A DNA stretch of 64,000 bases. Origin: Psammoneis japonica. Its lineage: Eukaryota. This document shows, piece after piece, positions 36,701 to 49,393 of the stretch (within the stretch, counting starts at the first letter, position 1; every line of letters begins with the position of its first letter). The notes below the pieces were generated by a model. That model saw nothing but the letters and a program-made list of their open reading frames with translations. It made no database searches and had not been told where the DNA came from. Position numbers and translations under genes: made by a program. Location of the stretch: assembly GCA_008632985.1 (NCBI GenBank), contig QPGO01000020.1, positions 310,001 to 374,000 on the forward strand, written 5' to 3'.

Positions 36701-39500
36701 AGCTTCAAATGTGCAGCTCTTGTGTTTGTGCAATGGCCCTGACAAGGGTTTGGCCTGATGAACACACAAGTGTTTGAGAAGGGTGTTCTGAGACAGATCA
36801 AAACAAAGTGGTGTGAGGTGCAGCAGAAAAGAGCACAAGCTGCTTTAAACTGGACCTCATCTGGAAGATCTGGCCCATCCTCAAGTCTGCAACCTGCAAC
36901 TGGGAAATTGGGGAGAAAACAGGGGCAGTTGGCAGCAGAGCAATGGAGCACCACTGATGGAAGGTGAAGGTGCCATGTTTCAAGACAATTGGACAAGGCA
37001 GAAATCATTCTCTTTCTGTTGTCTCAAGGTTTGATGCTGACTTTGTTCTTCAAAATTGCTGCTGCAGGCACAATTGCTCAGTGTTGGACACAGAAGATGT
37101 GTTGTGAGCTCTTGTTGTCACAGCTTGTGACTTGACAGATGTTCCTGAAATCTTGTTGTTTGATCCTGCAATTGTTCCGCAGGAAGCTTGTGTGTGAGGG
37201 TTCCTGCAGCACAATGTGCAGTGCCAGCACTCCAAGAAATTGTCATCCCCATCCTCTTGGCTGCTGGCATTGCAACAGGTGCCAAGTGGTGATGAGTGAC
37301 ATCATGATGTGGCTTGGAAGCAAAGCAATGCTGGTGGCTGGGTGTGTGCAATTTTTCTTTCCCCCTCTGTTCTCCAAAGAAAAGGAGAAAGTTTGCTTTG
37401 GCACACATGTGTGCAATCATGGGGTTGCCAAGACATTGTTTGTTTTGGCATTTCTGTCAATTTGGTGAGCAGCTTTGTTGGCTCCATTCATCCAGGTGTT
37501 CATCATTGTGCTTGTTTCTGGAGTTAAAAGCAGTCCAGTGAACTTGCTCCATCTCTCAAAGCACTTTTGGCTTTTGGGCAGCACAGGAAGTCAAATTTGT
37601 TGGCATGGTTTTTGTGAAGGGCTTGCTGCTTGACAGCAAAATAGAGATGGTTGGCACCATCCTTGTGAGAGCATTGTTGTGCACACTTTTGTCTGTGGCA
37701 CCCACACTCAAGATGCTGTGGATGTGCTCTTGAACCATGCAAGCAAAGAAGATGAGTTGCTCACAGGTGGCAGTGCTTGCCGCAGCATTGTCATGACCTG
37801 GGGCTGTGCTGCGCAATCTTTTCAAGGATCACTTTTGCATTTTTTTAAGAGCTCAGTCACAAGCAAGAACAAAAGTTGCAGGTCAGGGATTTCTTTGCTC
37901 TGTGCAGACAGATCTCCACTGAGCTGCCAAGATGCTTGCATTGCTCTTCTTCTTGGCACAACTCTCTGGAACTTGTTTGGTGCTCTGGCACACATTGGGG
38001 CTTGGCATCTGCATGTCAAGCACTCCAATGTTGAAGCAACAAGAAGCTTGTTTCCCCAGAATCATTGAGTGGTGTGATCTCTCCATCTTTTTTGACTCCA
38101 CAGATTGTGACTTGATTTGTCTGTCTTGCTGGGCTCACGTCATAACTTGAATCTCCTGGCTCATTCTGGCAACTTTTGTGTGCACAAATTTCTGTTTTGC
38201 ACACATGAGAAAGGTCAAGTGCTTGTCTTCAGCAAGGCTGGCAAGTCTGCTGTGTGGTCAAGCTCACCTGACTTTTAGTCAGTCCTGAGCTCAGCAGAAA
38301 ACTTCCAACCACAGGCATGCCCACATGCTGTTGCTGGAAAATGACATGGCTTTCTTGCTTGACAATGGTGCCATGCATCTCTGAACTCTTGGACACTTGG
38401 CAAGAGAGTTCAACAACTGTCATTTTGACCTTAGAGATCAGAGTGGTTGAAAATGGTGCATGCTTTGCAGCTGGTCTCTTTTAGAGAGTGTGCTTCAATC
38501 ACACAGGAGATTTTCAACATGGCTCAGATGTCTGGCTCATTTCCTGCACCCTTGAATTCTCCACTTCAGCCATGCTGGAGATTTTCAACATGTTTTCTAG
38601 CTTTGGCTCATTTTCCATGCCCTTGTGCTCTTCTGGGCTCTCTGCTCTGAGCATTTTTGTTGCATTTCAAAATTGCTCACCAGGGCAGCAAAACATGTTT
38701 TTTCCCACTGCCGCTGGGCAGGCATTCATGAGAAAGAACACCAGCTTCGGCTGGCTTTTCAGCACTTTGGTGCCATGTTGGCACAGGCTTTGGTGCCATG
38801 TTGGCACAGGCTTTGTTGTGCTGACAAACAGGTGCAATGCAGTGGAAGAGCTGCCACAAGGCAAGTTGTGTGGGTTGTTGTCAAAAATCTTGTTTTCATT
38901 GAGAAAAGAGCTTGTTGGGTGAAGTCTTTGTCTGTCAACAGCAGCTTTTCAACCATCTCAGTTTTTTGTTTTTTCTTTTTTGGCAAGTTTGCTGAGAGTT
39001 GAAAGAAGAAGATGTGGCTGAGTCATGAGCCTTGCCGCAAACGAAGCCAGCTGCCATGCGTTGCTGTGCTCTGCAAAATGCAGAGCAGCGCACCATGTCA
39101 CCATGTGCTGCTCTGCTGCTGGAAAAAGAAAAAATGATCACACCAACAACCAAAAGCTCTTCTCTGTTTGCTGATGCAACAACTGCTCAAGTGCCTGATG
39201 CTGCCCACTGAATCAAGAAGAAGGGAAAAGAGCTTTTTGTGCTGCCCTCCCCTGCTTTCTTGCGGTGCGGTGCTTCGAGCTGCTGTGCTGCTCAGCACCA
39301 CTCTCCTCCCTTTCTCTGTTCTGTTCCCACCCAAATCAGACAACTTGGGACTGGGAGATTTTTCCTTGTCATTTGACAGTTTTCTCTCTGACTGGTCATC
39401 ACACAATTGAAACAACGACATGCAGAGGGAGCGGAGGGCATGCAGGAGCGGCAGGGGGGCAGTGGGTGGTGTTTGGCACGATTGATGACTGCATCAAATA
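33720..39500. other. CpG/TpA-depleted domain of ~5.8 kb, probable decayed transposon
   Basis: Abrupt compositional switch between ordinary genes, TG/CA-rich, residual TA mainly YTAR. The size is TE-like but no family was recognised. Confidence 0.8.
38766..38814 (+). repeat. 23-bp direct tandem duplication containing an internal inverted repeat
   Basis: TTTGGTGCCATGTTGGCACAGGC x2, with GTGCCA-TGT-TGGCAC inside. Confidence 0.85.
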
Positions 39501-39895
39501 AAAATCATGAATCTGCTTGTCTTCTTTAGCAGTGCGACAACGGTAGCAGCCGAGCGTACCGTAGAATTCAACGCGATACCGATTCTTAGAGTATATTCAA
39601 AGGTCTACATGCTTGAATATTGCATTTTGAATCGTGAGTGTCGCGAATCGCCAATTTCGAACGACTGTCATCCGACTTCGCGCACCTTGGACCTTCACAG
39701 CCAACGCACAAAACACCTCCCGCGACTTCCTCATCACCTCAATCCAAAAGCAAGCGGGACTTGGCTAACATCAGCACCTACGATTGCTCATCATTTCAAA
39801 ACTCAGAAGAGCATCTCTAGAGCGCCTTCGTCTTTCTTATTATCAGTTGAAACCAGGTGTACCGTCAAGAAAGCATCACACCATTTCGATAGAAC

Positions 39896-42800
39896 ATGCT
39901 CCGTCGCTTTTGCTCTTGCCTTCTGCTGGTATGTTTCGTGGGTCCGCTCGTGTTGGAGGCGGGGTCGCCAGTTAGTATACAGCCCGACACGTCCATAACA
40001 ACAACTCTATCCAGTGAGTCTGCTGTCTTTGGGTATCAGTCGCCTGATTCAGAGCTTTCTCTTCATAATGCCGTGGTGGGAGTCTTTTCGCGAGCCCTGG
40101 CAAAGAACAGCCGACTCCTTCGCGAATTCACCGACAAAGATCAAGGAAAGTTTTCTCTACGCCGTCACTTAGCCATTGGTGATTTCGACGAGTTTAATGC
40201 TATATTTAGCGGCGCAGTGATTCGGCTACCCGACGCCAAGGTTAAGAACAAGGTCGGCCTCTGGACGCTCAATCTCGATATTTGGAACTTGCTGTGTACC
40301 AACATGCAAGTGGGAGATATTCTGATCTCGTACAAACGGAACTCGAATCAGAATCTCGTCATTACCCTGGATGTGATTGATTTGGATATGAACTGTAACA
40401 TGAACTACCGTTATCAGTATTTTCCTGTCAAAGGTGAAGGCAAAGCCAAGGCACGAACCAACAACAACGATGCCTCGGTCACACTAGGTTTCTCATCGCC
40501 TAACTTTGCAACAACTCCGCCAAAATCTGCATCGGTTGATAACTGTGAAACGAATATCAATGTTGACGACATTGATTTCGACGGTGGAATTGTCGCGGGC
40601 ATCTTGGATCTGTTCAAGGATTTGATTTCGAATGTCGTGGAAAGTGAAGTCGCCGGTGTCGCGTGTTCAGAATTGGGATCTCTTGCGACAGATTCGTAAC
40701 GGACTTTTTGCAAATGGCAGACGATATGATTCAAGATTTCTTGGAGATCCAGTCGAGGCCACACCCTTGGCTGCCGAAGCAGCTCTGGTGCTATCACCAC
40801 CCAGCGGCAAGACGCTGGTCAATCTCCAAGACAAAGAAGGATCGTTTGGATCTGTCATTCACTTTCTCTTGGACCAACTAGACGCGTTTCTTGGTATCGA
40901 AGTCGATGATCCAGATGGACCTACAGACAATGGCAGAACGTTGGGGGTTAATGCGTTCTTGCGAAAGAACGTGTTGGATGAAGACCGAGCACTCACCCTC
41001 GAAATGAAAAGTCTCTTCCCGGATGGACCCATCTTATACGATGGTCATGACAAGCTGACAGAGACAACGATTGAATTGGAGTCTGTCCGGATGTTTGGTC
41101 TCGACACCTTTACCAAGTTCAACCCGCTGATAGACCTTGGAACCTACACTTTGTCAAATGAACTCGCATTGGACTCCCTGACTGTAGAATTGGACGTCAA
41201 GCTTACTATTCGACCATCTACACTGCCAGACTCTGTCATTGAACAACCATCTGCAGACAAGATCGTCGAGAACATCAAAATTGAATTCGGCGTTGACCAA
41301 GTCGATACTGTCGTTGCTCTCTTGCTAGCCATTGATCAAGATAAACTGGGAAGCATGCCACTGGGCGGATTACTTGACACAAGCGGTATTTTACCGTGTT
41401 TTCTTTCCTCATTCCATCAGCTGCAACTGACAGAGCTTGCTGTGTCGATTGGAAACATTCGCACCCCAACCCTTGATGACTTTATTTCAGTCGGCCTTGA
41501 TCGCGTGGTATCTACTGCCGCGGAAGCACTATTCTCCATGTACGAGAAGGTAATTCTGCAGGCTTTGCCCAACATGATTACTATGAAGGGAATGGATATC
41601 ATCAACAAAGAATTCCTCAAGGAATTTCTTGAAGACCCTGGGAACACCCTTTGCACCCAGCCTCAAGGCTCAGGTACTGTCGATTTTAGGGATTTGCTGT
41701 TGGCACCAGATGTTGCTGCTACGGCCGGCGCCACGGGTACCTCTCCTTATGGCACCGTTATGTCCTCAGTCATGACATTGTTAAGAGAGGAGTTCTTGTC
41801 TGTGGACGACGATGGACTACCCAAGCTCAACTCAATGCTGATTCGACCCTTAACCAAGTCACAGTCTGGCAAAGAAGGAAGAATAGAGTTGTCATCTGTG
41901 CTCTTTGACATCGTCAAGGAGGTTGATACGATGATTGGGTCTGCCTTCACAACGAGATTTCAGCTTGGAATGTCGGATTTGAGGATTGACAACCTTGACA
42001 TCCTCACAGAGCCCGTGTCGCTTCTCCAAGCTACTACCGACCCTCACAAGTTGACAAATATGCTAAACATGGGCCCGGTCCCTGGTAAGCCCCTTAACGG
42101 AGCTGTCCGATTCTTGTGGGCCTTAGACGGTGATTCTCCTCTGAATATGCGCAACAACATGGACATTAGTATTTCTGTTCCGTCTTCAGTAATATGGGCT
42201 GATTTTATGGCTATGATTGACGCTGAAAGGCTAATGCAGTTTCCACTGGAAGATGCGCTTGACTACAATTGTTGGCTTTCTATTATCCAGGCCCCTGAAC
42301 TCGACGAGAAAGGCAACTATGTCGCACCCCGGGGAGAGCAGAGCCTTGGGTTGTCCAAGTTTCTGATCCAAATGCTTGATCTTGATGTTGGGTTCGATTG
42401 TGTAGATTGTACGAGTCCAGGCGTCGTCATCATTCCTGATTTGATCGACTCGCTGAAACAGTCCGGCGCTATCCCACTCTTAAGAGACCGCGTAGAGAAC
42501 TTCGTGTCGGAGCTCGCTGAGGGCGAATGGCCTCAGCTCATGATTGATCGAATGTTGAGTGACGCGTCGAGGCTGTGTAGGCATAGCCCTTCCTTTGTGG
42601 AAGGAGCGGTTGCCAGTGAATACGAAGCTCTGGGTTTCCCTGATTTATCACGAGAGTCGCTCGAAACGATTGCTTTTGCCGGCGTATCTGGCGCTCCAAT
42701 CGCTCTGTTTGTTTTTGCCGAAAGTCAAATGCAGGCATCAGTAGAGCCCTCTGACCCCCTTTCGGCGCAGTCATCTCTAGTGGTGCCCACCGATACTACT

Positions 42801-45800
42801 TTAGTGGATTTCACTGATCTCGGTGGGAGTGTGGGTACGTGGGCAGAGAACTTGCTTGAGCAAGCCAAAGGCCTCATCAGTGATGCCGTGGGAAATGGCA
42901 CTGCGAACGCTAGTGAGAGCTCTTTCGACGTCAAGGCAGCAATCCAAGATTTCCTCCTGGACGACGAGGGTGTTCTTCGTATCACATTTGACGACCTCGT
43001 CCTGGATGAGATAGGAATTATCCTCGGCCTATCCGAAATTCGCATCACTGGCTTGGACTCGATCTCTCGCATGGATGTTTTGGATGCAATCGCACCCCAA
43101 ACGCTTCAAAATACGGTTGTGATGGAGAAGCTGGGTGTAGAAATTATTGTCCCTCTTGCAGCTGAAGGATCCGCTCCCGAAGAAATGACATTTACGTTCG
43201 GCTTTAACAATGTTGAATTGAACTTGTCGCTGTTGCTTGCTCTTGACCTGGATCGCTTCAGCGAAATGCAACTCGGTTCTCTTCTCCATATCAAGCAGAT
43301 TTTTCCATGTTTCCTCTCTACCTTGTTTGATATCGACATTTCTCAATTGTTGGTGACGGTTGATAGCGTCGACATCCCGAAGGTTGATGGTTTCCTTCCA
43401 GATAGTCTTCTCAACACATTGACTACATCAATCAATGACATATTCGAGTCTCGTGGTGATACCATGGTAGCAGCCATGCCAAAGATTGCTGACGTGTTTG
43501 GGCGGGGGATTCTGAACAACATCCTCAAGGCGTACGTCAACGCAGACAAGAACGCTGTTTGCCCACCGATGTTGTCAGCGAGGTCTACCGGTAGCCTCGG
43601 TGGCCTTTTGGACTTCCGTGATTTGCTGCTGCCAGAAGAAAAGTCAAGAGAATTAGGTGGCAGTGGCAAGGGCCAATACGGAGACTTGATACGGACTCTT
43701 CTCGGATTCGCAAAGGAAGAGATACTGAAGATGGATGCAGATGGTTTGTCTTCGCTTAATGATATTTTGATCCGACCCTTGACAGAGAGCGTTTCTGATG
43801 TACCGGGTACGATTGCGATCGAAGGCGACTTATTTAGCAACGATATCAATGTGGATGTAGGTGGATTAAGGGCCAGGATTGACTTGCGAGCTTACGATGC
43901 ACGCATTGAAAATCTAGACTCGCTTGGTGCTCCTCTCGAGCTTCTGGAACCCGTGATGAACGAGGCGAGCATTCTCAACAACACTGCGACGATGGGAATT
44001 GGGAACCCTTTGCGGTTCGCCGTTCGTCTCGTTTTTGCTCTACAAGCAGACGGTGAGTTACCCTTGTTTCCATTTTGTTTCTGTTTTCCTGGCTCTAGCT
44101 TATTTTTCTCTCTTTCTGTCCCGGATCTCACAGACGATATGCAAGTCCGAAACGAAGTTGATATCAGTGTTGATCTAGAGGCCGCTAGCGTCGTTCTTGG
44201 GGCTTTGTTGAAGATCGCTGAGGAACCGTTTCTGTCGTTTCCTCTCGGCGACGCAGCCAACTTCAATTGCTGGCTTGCAACTATTCCCGCTCCTACCCTT
44301 GACGCACGAGGAGTTCGTGTTGGGGGAGAAGCGGTTGTTGCGGTCACTGACTTGGCGGTATCCATGGCAAGACTAGGCCTCAACATATCTTGCGTCTCGT
44401 GTACAAGTCCAGATTTGATCGAGCTCTCTACCATCCTGTCATCACCGGAAGCCAAAGAAGACGCTACAGAAGTCGGAAATATGCTGCTCGACTTTGCGAC
44501 ACGTCTGATCGGGGGAAACTTTCTCCAGATTCAGATCGATCGCCTAATCAACGAGGCCGCGATGAAATGTCCCCACAACAATGCCTACAATCCCTCCGCA
44601 CCCAAGGTCGTCTACGAGCCATTCGAAGCAGCCGACAGTGAAGAGAGCTCCGTGGGATTCCTTATAGCAATTGTGGTGGCAATGGGTTGTCTCTTTGTTG
44701 TCACTCTTATCGTCTATTTTGTGGTTCGATTTATTGTTCGAAGACGGCATAGGAGGTGGCTAAAGTCTCTGGCGAACGAGAACATTGTCGCTCTGTACAG
44801 AGAGCAGAAAAGAGAATCGGACATCAACAAGGAAACGAAGTCAATGTTCACAAGCCCCGTGATTCCAATTTACGTACGTATTCTCATGCCCATCGTCATC
44901 CTTGGGAACATTGCTTTCTTCCTCAGTGGTCATCTTAGTCTGGGAGCTTCGGTGAACATCGAAGCCGATCTATTTGGAGAGAGATTTACAATTGAGAAGT
45001 TCTTTGAATTCTCAATGGCAAGAAGCACGGTGGACATTTGGAAGGCCGGCGGTAAAGAGCTTGCCATCCTTATTCTAATATTTTCCGGCGTTTGGCCGTA
45101 CACGAAGCAAATCATCACATTGGTGCTGTGGTTTCTTCCGCCCAAGGTCATGAGCGTGACTCGGAGAGGCAGTGTCTTCTACTGGCTTGATGCGCTTGCG
45201 AAATGGTCCATGGTTGATATCTTTGCCTTGGTTATTTCTCTTGCGTCTTTCCGCGTATCCATCGAAAGCCCGGATGTGGCATTTCTCACGGACGGCTTTT
45301 ATTCGCTGGACCTGATGGTGGTCCCAATGTGGGGTTTGTATGCTAATATGATTGCTCAGCTAATCTCTCAAGTCAGCTCGCATTTCATTATCCACTACCA
45401 CAACCGGGTGGTGGCTTCTGCTAGCAGTGATTACGACAATGCTCATTGCGGCCCCAAAACTGTTGTTGGGGACGATTTGGAGAGTAACCAATCCGGGTCT
45501 GGCTCCGGCAGCTCATTGTCGCATTCACCCGATACCGAAGAAGTCGTTGTCGAACGCCGTGATCATCTTTTCCAGCACGCCTTTATGAGGCCTCATCGTG
45601 GAGACGGCGACCGACTCATGATTCGTCGCGGAATTAACGCAATTATTGTCATGTCGTCGATTGCCATTGTCTTTTTGGTGGCATTTGGCTGCGCCCGTCC
45701 ATCGTTTTCTGTGGAAGTATTGGGCATTATTGGAGTGGCAGTTGAATCGGGTCAAAACTTCAAGAAGGCTGTCACACCCTACAGTGTGTTTGACATTGTG

Positions 45801-47264
45801 AATCTGTTAATGGAGCAAGCTCGATTCTTGGACAGTGCCGGAGATTATCTTGGACTCGGAACGTTATCAGTCTTGGTCATTTTCTCCGTACTTGTTGTTC
45901 CGCTTCTTCAAACATTGGTCCTACTTCGCCATTGGTTCACGCCCATGGCCCGTTCTCGGCGAGCCAAATTGTACGTGGCGGTGAGATTATGCAAGCTTGG
46001 CAGTACATTGAGGTCTACATCATTGCCGTGATTGTCTCTGCCTGGCAGCTGGGACCCGTATCGGACTTTATGATCAATTCCTACTGCCAGGATTTGGAAG
46101 CTACATTGCTACCATGGTATACTATGGAATCATTCAACCAAGGGACGCACAGTGCTTCATGGTGGAAGCCTCGGTTGAGAGTGCGACTTACATGTTGATT
46201 GCCGCGGCGATCCTCCTGGCCTTGCTAACACGTTCATTATGAAAGCCATCGAACAGTACCAACGCGATACGGATGAAAACTTGTTACGTTTTGAAGCACA
46301 AGACCCCAAGACGCTTTCCGAATCCTCGTCAGACATGAACACAGAGGATGACATTTTTGAAATAATGGAAAAGATCCACCCCGTTCCAGTCATGTTTACC
46401 GATATGTTTAGGTGGTTGCTGCGGCGCCAGGATTCCTTTGTTACCACCAGTATGAAACGGGGTTTGGACGGCGACGCCAAATTGGGTGTTGACAAGGGTT
46501 TTCCTCCTGTCGAGAAACAAGAGCAAGCAACGGACGCTGGTGTTCCAGTCATTTTGGCTTATCCTGAAAAGTCCATCGTCAGCAACGAGCAAATCGGCGG
46601 TGACTCTAATCTCATTGTTGCAAACAATACTGCGCAAACCGCGGAAGACACCTTTGAAGACGAATGCGTCGACGTTCACCCGAAGGCAGTCAGCTTCAAG
46701 GAAGACGTGATCAGTAGCGGAGACGACGGCTTTTCTCAACTAGAAGAAGGACAGCAAGCAAGCATGCGAGACCATGGCGACTCCAATCTCATTGTAGAGG
46801 ATGATGTTGCTCATTTGGGTGGAGATGCTAGCTCAGACGGAGCAACTCCATTCGACGAAGACTCTAATTCAAACGTTGCAGGCAAAACTCCTCCGATTCC
46901 CTCGGCCAGAAATCAGACCGAGCATACGCAAGGTCTTGTTGTGGCTAACACCCCACAAGGTGACGCTGCCCTGACCAAGATTGCTTCCCCGGCAGACGAT
47001 CCATTTTACGAAGAGGAATTTGATCAAGTCTCATCAGGCAGTGTCGCCGAGAATGAGGATAACAACTCGACTTTCTCCTTTAAATCAACCGCGAGCTCCC
47101 AAGTGGACGGATGGACGTGTCCGTCATGTTCCTATGCCAATGGCGACGGAAGAAGCAGAGCGTGTGCCTTGTGCGGACTAGGACGACATGCCGCCACGGA
47201 TCGAGACGCTGAGTCTCTCACCACCATTGACGAGAGCTCCGTGTACACGAACGGATCGACGTGA
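39896..47264 (+). CDS. Very large membrane protein: signal peptide, BPI/TULIP-like repeated ectodomain, PqiA-like TM domains, acidic tail with RanBP2-type zinc finger
   Basis: ORFs 39896, 40663, 40632, 45932 and 46239 join through single-base shifts. In-frame intron at 44053-44133. PqiA-like motif LILIFSGVWPYTK...WLDALAKWSMVDIF and a second copy FSVLVVPLLQ...QAWQYIEVY. C-terminal WTCPSCSYAN...CALC. Confidence 0.8.
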
Positions 47265-47400
47265 GCACAACAAGCGACACTAACTTGACTCAGCCTTTTA
47301 AAAACCATACATATTGAATATAAACACAAAAATGAAACTCCTATTATTTTAACAGTTAGATTAACCCAACAACAATGGTAATGCCGATACTCCTGTCTGA

Positions 47401-48174
47401 TTACGACAAGGAGTAGATGGATCCACCGCTCTTTCCCAAGAGCTCGGCCTTGTTTGCGTCTTCCACGAGAATATCTTCTGGATCATCGTCTCCTCCAACG
47501 CGTTGTCTGTACATGATAAAGACAAAGGCCCCGATAATGATCAAAGTCATGGTAAGGATTCCATAAGACGCGAAGAAGCTATCAAGAGCAGCGTTTCCAG
47601 TAGTCACCGAGTCGAGCGTGGTGAACAGCGAGTCGCCGGCACAGTTGTTGGTGTTGGCACCGCCCAAGTCATACTCGCCTCCGTTGTTGTCTGAGGCAAA
47701 TCCAACAACAAGAGTCGGTGTAAAGGACGTGTCAGTTCCATCGTCAGTGTAATCATCGTCTGTGCTGCTAAAGTAAAAGGTGGTTTCAATCTTGAAGGCG
47801 CCTGTCGTTGGACACGCCGTGCCATTGACGGAGTACAGAGTCTCGAGGTTGCAGAGCTCGTCCGCCTGATACAAGTCGACCCGTTCTGCAACAGAGGTGC
47901 AAAGCAAAGTCACATAGACGTCTTCTAAATCATCATACCCGTCGTTAATGTCAAAGTACACGGCTGCATGGACCTTATCACCCGCTTTGCAAGTCTCAGA
48001 CTTGCGGTATCCGCCAGAGCCATAATAATAAGTACCCGGCGAATCACACGTCACGTCAAGCGCTGTCACTGTGATTGCAGTGTTGGTACAAATCGAAGAA
48101 GTTGTTTGCTGCGCGTTGCAACATGATACCAACAGCAGCAACGAGACTAGAACAAACGACGTGAGGTTCGTCAT
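47401..48174 (-). CDS. Type I membrane protein with a Cys-containing ectodomain (possibly ML/MD-2-like)
   Basis: Intact 257-aa ORF with a signal peptide, several cysteines, a C-terminal TM helix and a short acidic dileucine-like tail. Confidence 0.8.
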   Translation of the reverse strand: MTNLTSFVLVSLLLLVSCCNAQQTTSSICTNTAITVTALDVTCDSPGTYYYGSGGYRKSETCKAGDKVHAAVYFDINDGYDDLEDVYVTLLCTSVAERVDLYQADELCNLETLYSVNGTACPTTGAFKIETTFYFSSTDDDYTDDGTDTSFTPTLVVGFASDNNGGEYDLGGANTNNCAGDSLFTTLDSVTTGNAALDSFFASYGILTMTLIIIGAFVFIMYRQRVGGDDDPEDILVEDANKAELLGKSGGSIYSLS

Positions 48175-49393
48175 GGTCTATCTATCTCTGAAATGAATCG
48201 TTCTTGTTGCGATGCTTGTGTTGTTGTGTTTGTGACATGAGCGATGAGCGATGGAGATTTTTTTTTCTCTTGTTTGGCGAGCGTGTCGTCACCAATGATC
48301 GCTCGACCGTTATGTGTATAAATATAGATTTACATACGCTTAATTGATTATTAAATAACATCAAATTTTCAAAATGGACATAGATTACTTAAAGGCCGAA
48401 TACATATATCTTTGAAAACGGTGTGTTTGGCGAGAAGTCGAAGTCGTGCGGACGCTCACATTTTTCTTGCGTTTGTCAACTTCTTTGACGACAAACAACA
48501 TTTTTTCAATCTGCTTTCGTACCGCGTATTGCACCATTCGATATGCGGCCACGGCGAAACTCGGCACCGGTGACAGTAATCTCGCAGACGAGACAACCTC
48601 TTTCCGTTGCAAGAAGTGAAGACATTGTGGAGTTCCATGCAGCGAGCGCACTAACACACATGCTTACCATCAAATTCGAGGGTCAACAAGAGTGGTACCT
48701 GTCAAGGCATGGTTCGCCCCCTTCATCTCTTTCAAGGTGGCGTCTTAATTTTTGTTTCTTGCTGCCTTCGGATCTGCAAAGGAGGTTCCGAGACGACTTG
48801 ACCTGAGTGACATTTGGCTCGTTGTCAGGTCCATCCTTTGCGTTGACGTACGAGTTGCCAGCGAGACGCATGAACTTTAGACGCACCTGCACGCGACCAC
48901 GAACATGAAGTTCTCCCTCGTATGAATCAAAACAAGCAAAAACGACAATTTGGAGGTTCACTTGAATCTTGAACGGTGCGGTCGTCATATAACCGTCGTG
49001 AGAAATCTACCGTGCCGAATGGATGATGTAAACGAGTGCATTGCAGCAGGGACAAGATGTTGATTGAGAGGTCTTGCGTCGACAGGAGAGCACGCATCCT
49101 TTGAAACATGCCCTCTTTCCACTCTCTCTACCCGCGAAAGACTCAATTTCCATTTCCCCACAAGAATCAGCCGATTTCATTCTATCTCAGCGCGCGCCAT
49201 TGTTTGTACGCCGTCTGTCGTGCGTTGCTTCGTTCGTGCTTCGCACGTCTGACGAAGCGTGACGGGGCTTATCATCAACACACAAACAGCAGCGCCGCCG
49301 CAAACAAGATCGTCTTGGAAAACCAAGCCAATCGTGTCGTAGCAGTGCTGAAGCTGTCCTCTTCGAACCACAACAAATAGTAGCAAAAGAAAC

